Positions 29,632-32,000 of a stretch of DNA of 32,000 nucleotides are shown here, piece by piece. The translations under genes and the position numbers were made by a program. The stretch's first letter is position 1. The number at the start of each line of letters is the position of its first letter. This DNA comes from Parasynechococcus marenigrum WH 8102 (GTDB taxonomy: Bacteria > Cyanobacteriota > Cyanobacteriia > PCC-6307 > Cyanobiaceae), in contig NC_005070.1 in the NCBI RefSeq assembly GCF_000195975.1, positions 660,001 through 692,000 of the forward strand, written 5' to 3'. The notes beneath the pieces are model-generated. The model was not told the DNA's origin. It worked only from the letters and a program-made list of their open reading frames with translations, and made no database searches.

Positions 29632-30723
29632 ATGCTCAAAGCCGGAATTGTCGGTTTGCCCAATGTGGGCAAGTCCACTCTGTTCAACGCTCTCGTGGCC
29701 AACGCTCAGGCGCAGGCCGCCAACTTTCCGTTCTGCACCATCGAGCCGAACGTCGGCACGGTGGCGGTGCCGGACGAGCGCCTTGATCAGCTCACCAAGC
29801 TCAGCAGCAGCATCGACACCATTCCCACGCGGATGGAATTCGTCGATATCGCCGGACTGGTGAAGGGGGCAAGTCAGGGAGAGGGGCTCGGCAACAAATT
29901 TCTGGCCAACATCCGTGAGGTGGATGCGATTGTTCATGTGATCCGTTGTTTTGAGGATGACGACGTCATCCATGTGTCTGGTTCTGTGGGACCGGCCCGT
30001 GATGCAGAGGTGATCAATTTGGAGCTCGGTCTGGCGGATCTGGCGCAGATCGAGAAGCGAAGAGAGCGACTGAAGAAGCAGATGCGCACCAGCAAGGAAG
30101 CGCAACAGGAAGATGCGGCCCTGGAGCGGATTCAGACCGTGCTGGAGGACGGTGGTGCGGCCCGAAGCGTGGAGTTGGGTGAGGAGGAGGCACTGATGAT
30201 CAAGCCCCTGGGCTTGTTGACTGCCAAGCCGATCATCTATGCCACCAATGTGAGCGAAGAAGATCTGGCAGAGGGCAATGCTTTCTGCACTGAGGTGATC
30301 AACCTGGCGGCCAACGAGGGTGCGGAAACCGTTCGGATTTCAGCTCAGGTGGAAGCAGAGCTGATTGAGCTTGGTGACGATGAGAGATCCGACTATCTCG
30401 AGGGGCTGGGGGTCAGCGAAGGCGGTTTGCAGAGCCTGATTCAGGCGACGTACAGATTGCTTGGGCTGCGCACATACTTCACCACCGGTGAGAAGGAAAC
30501 TCGTGCTTGGACGTTTAAAGCCGGCATGACGGCACCGCAAGCCGCTGGTGTGATTCACACCGATTTTGAACGGGGCTTTATCCGCGCTCAGACGATTGGG
30601 TGGGAGAAGTTAATAGAAGCTGGATCCTTTGCTGAGGCACGCAACAAGGGATGGCTTCGCAGTGAAGGAAAGGATTATGTGGTGGATGAAGGTGATGTGA
30701 TGGAGTTTTTGTTCAACGTTTAA
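29632..30723 (+). CDS. ychF: Ribosome-binding ATPase YchF
   Basis: MLKAGIVGLPNVGKSTLFNAL P-loop, FCTIEPN, DIAGLVKGAS, and C-terminal GKDYVVDEGDVMEFLFNV. The ATG is at 29632. Confidence 0.95.
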   Translation: MLKAGIVGLPNVGKSTLFNALVANAQAQAANFPFCTIEPNVGTVAVPDERLDQLTKLSSSIDTIPTRMEFVDIAGLVKGASQGEGLGNKFLANIREVDAIVHVIRCFEDDDVIHVSGSVGPARDAEVINLELGLADLAQIEKRRERLKKQMRTSKEAQQEDAALERIQTVLEDGGAARSVELGEEEALMIKPLGLLTAKPIIYATNVSEEDLAEGNAFCTEVINLAANEGAETVRISAQVEAELIELGDDERSDYLEGLGVSEGGLQSLIQATYRLLGLRTYFTTGEKETRAWTFKAGMTAPQAAGVIHTDFERGFIRAQTIGWEKLIEAGSFAEARNKGWLRSEGKDYVVDEGDVMEFLFNV

Positions 30724-30780
30724 GCTGGTCAAGTTCGATTGTTGATCTAAATTGTTCTTTGTTGTCGCTCGCTTTGCGAT

Positions 30781-30803
30781 TTGATTGAGAACGTTTCAAT
30801 CAA
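30781..30803. promoter_or_regulatory. Perfect 8-bp inverted repeat TTGATTGA-N7-TCAATCAA in an AT-rich intergenic region
   Basis: Read directly from the sequence. It lies 58 nt downstream of the ychF stop with no U-tract after the stem. Additional GATTGA/TCAATC copies occur within the next roughly 100 nt. Confidence 0.45.
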
Positions 30804-30919
30804 TTCATTCGCTGATGGCGATTGACCAGTCCGGTGATGTGCCATGCAGCATCAATCGTTCGCCGCGAATCAATGGTTTGGCGAATCTGCTCCTAATTTA
30901 AGTCGCTTCTTTGGATCTG

Positions 30920-31228
30920 ATGTTGCGTTGCATCACGATGTTCAGCCTGTTGCCATTGCTGGCGTTTGGCAGCTTGTTCCAGCCCCTGCGAGCTCAGGGA
31001 TTGTTGTTCACACTTCGCTCGGGATCCTTTCTCTCAACGGAGCCCAGTTACGACATCAAGACCCGCTTAGACCTCCAAGCTGGCAATGTTCTGGTTGAGA
31101 GCCCACCCCTTCAAGAACAGGGCGAGTTCTGCCGCTACCGGTTGTTGGATGAAACAGGGCGTTCCTTGGATCCAGACGCAGCCTGGACTCCCTGTTTCAG
31201 CATCGATAGGTTGTTCGTCCGGCCCTGA
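30920..31228 (+). CDS. Hypothetical small secreted protein (signal peptide, two Cys)
   Basis: The ATG at 30920 gives MLRCITMFSLLPLLAFGSLFQPLRAQG..., a signal-peptide-like N-terminus. I prefer it over the overlapping 30844..31098 frame. Its 3' end overlaps the tail of the convergent MFS gene. Confidence 0.4.
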   Translation: MLRCITMFSLLPLLAFGSLFQPLRAQGLLFTLRSGSFLSTEPSYDIKTRLDLQAGNVLVESPPLQEQGEFCRYRLLDETGRSLDPDAAWTPCFSIDRLFVRP

Positions 31229-32000
31229 ACGCCCCCTAGGAAACGGGGCCTTAAACCCTTCACCAAAGGAAGAACGGCCAGGCTGATCGCGGCGACGCCA
31301 ATCCAGAGCGTCAGTCCATGGCCCTGTTGGTCAAGGAGATTGCCTCCCACAACTGGGGCTGCCATGGCGCTGAGGGCGAAGCATTGCGAGAACATCGCCA
31401 TCGCTAACCCGCGATGCTCTGGAGGGGTTTCCTCCACAACGGCTTCCGTTGCCGTTGGAAGGAACGCCGCCTGGGCAAAGGCCATCGGCAGCAGGGCCAC
31501 CATGACCAGCCCAGTCCCCGAGGCGGTTAAGGCTGATAATCCAATCAGGGTGCAACCGGTCGCGAACGACACGAGGCTGAGGCTGAGGCCGAAGCCAACA
31601 CTGCGTTCCGACAGCCAGCGCCCCACCGGCCACTGCAGCAACACCAGAAGTGTCAGCTGGAAAGCGATCAGAGCACTGCTGTGACTTTCGCTGAGACCAG
31701 GACGTTCGAGGCCCCCTTTGACAAGGTCCAGGGGCAGGGCGCTTTGCTGAAGCGACAGGATGCCGGTCGCCACAACACTCACCACCAGAACCGGCAGCAG
31801 GGGGGGGAGCCAGGTCAAGTCCAACTTCCCGGTTGACGACTCCGAATGCGTCCCCTGCGGCATCGGCCGTTCATCCAGAAGCGGTTGAACACTAATCAAG
31901 ATCAGGACGCTGGCCATGCAGATGGCTTCAACGCCGTACACCAGCCGCAACTGGCCAATGCTGGCGGCGATCGTTCCCATGAATGCTCCCATGCCAATTC
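31135..32000 (-). CDS. MFS-type transporter, C-terminal portion (5' end beyond the window)
   Basis: A series of hydrophobic helices with a central hydrophilic loop. The reading frame is still open at position 32000, so the apparent start at 31992 is a window artefact. Confidence 0.7.
   Translation of the reverse strand, partial: IGMGAFMGTIAASIGQLRLVYGVEAICMASVLILISVQPLLDERPMPQGTHSESSTGKLDLTWLPPLLPVLVVSVVATGILSLQQSALPLDLVKGGLERPGLSESHSSALIAFQLTLLVLLQWPVGRWLSERSVGFGLSLSLVSFATGCTLIGLSALTASGTGLVMVALLPMAFAQAAFLPTATEAVVEETPPEHRGLAMAMFSQCFALSAMAAPVVGGNLLDQQGHGLTLWIGVAAISLAVLPLVKGLRPRFLGGVQGRTNNLSMLKQGVQAASGSKERPVSSNNR

Noticed and set aside
30844-31098. 84-aa ORF overlapping the 30920..31228 ORF in another frame.
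   Set aside because: It has no signal peptide or recognisable features. The alternative frame gives a coherent signal peptide plus mature domain. Only one of the two is likely to be real.

Overview
The window reads as a high-GC marine picocyanobacterial chromosome segment, Synechococcus-like. That call is inferred from gene content (psbD-psbC, ycf4, petM, ycf39, NTRC, pntAAB) and from composition, roughly 60% GC in hand-counted lines. It is densely packed with about 35 genes on both strands, and most are recognisable core housekeeping or photosynthesis genes. In order they are: a Cys/Met PLP enzyme, psbC, psbD, ycf4, a lipoprotein cyclophilin, ilvH, an alpha/beta hydrolase, a Trm1-like tRNA methyltransferase, petM (below the ORF-track length cutoff), ycf39, a 71-aa orphan, an ArsM-like methyltransferase, a pseudouridine synthase, an IF-1 paralogue, NTRC, an 82-aa orphan, an SF2 helicase, a 58-aa orphan, a 192-aa orphan, pntA/pntA2/pntB, a YheT-like hydrolase, a lipid desaturase, a thioredoxin-like ferredoxin, dxr, an NSS transporter, a small orphan, cysS, polA, an HlyD-type adaptor, ychF, a small secreted protein and a truncated MFS transporter. 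I found no tRNA, rRNA, CRISPR array, transposase, integrase or long repeat. Many ORF-track entries begin at the most upstream alternative start codon (GTG/TTG), so I trimmed these to family-consistent starts. The long antisense ORFs are high-GC artefacts. I cannot demonstrate a clear-cut novel multi-gene system. The candidates most worth follow-up are: (i) a low-GC desaturase plus thioredoxin-like ferredoxin pair overlapping the end of dxr; (ii) a divergent IF-1 paralogue with a Gly/Pro/Arg tail, interlocked with NTRC; (iii) an SF2 helicase surrounded by three orphan ORFs, one with a Cys/His cluster; (iv) a tiny ORF translationally coupled to an ArsM-like methyltransferase; (v) a triple direct repeat phased at exactly 11 nt upstream of the Cys/Met gene; and several intergenic palindromes. 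All functional assignments come from motif recognition by eye. No database search was run.
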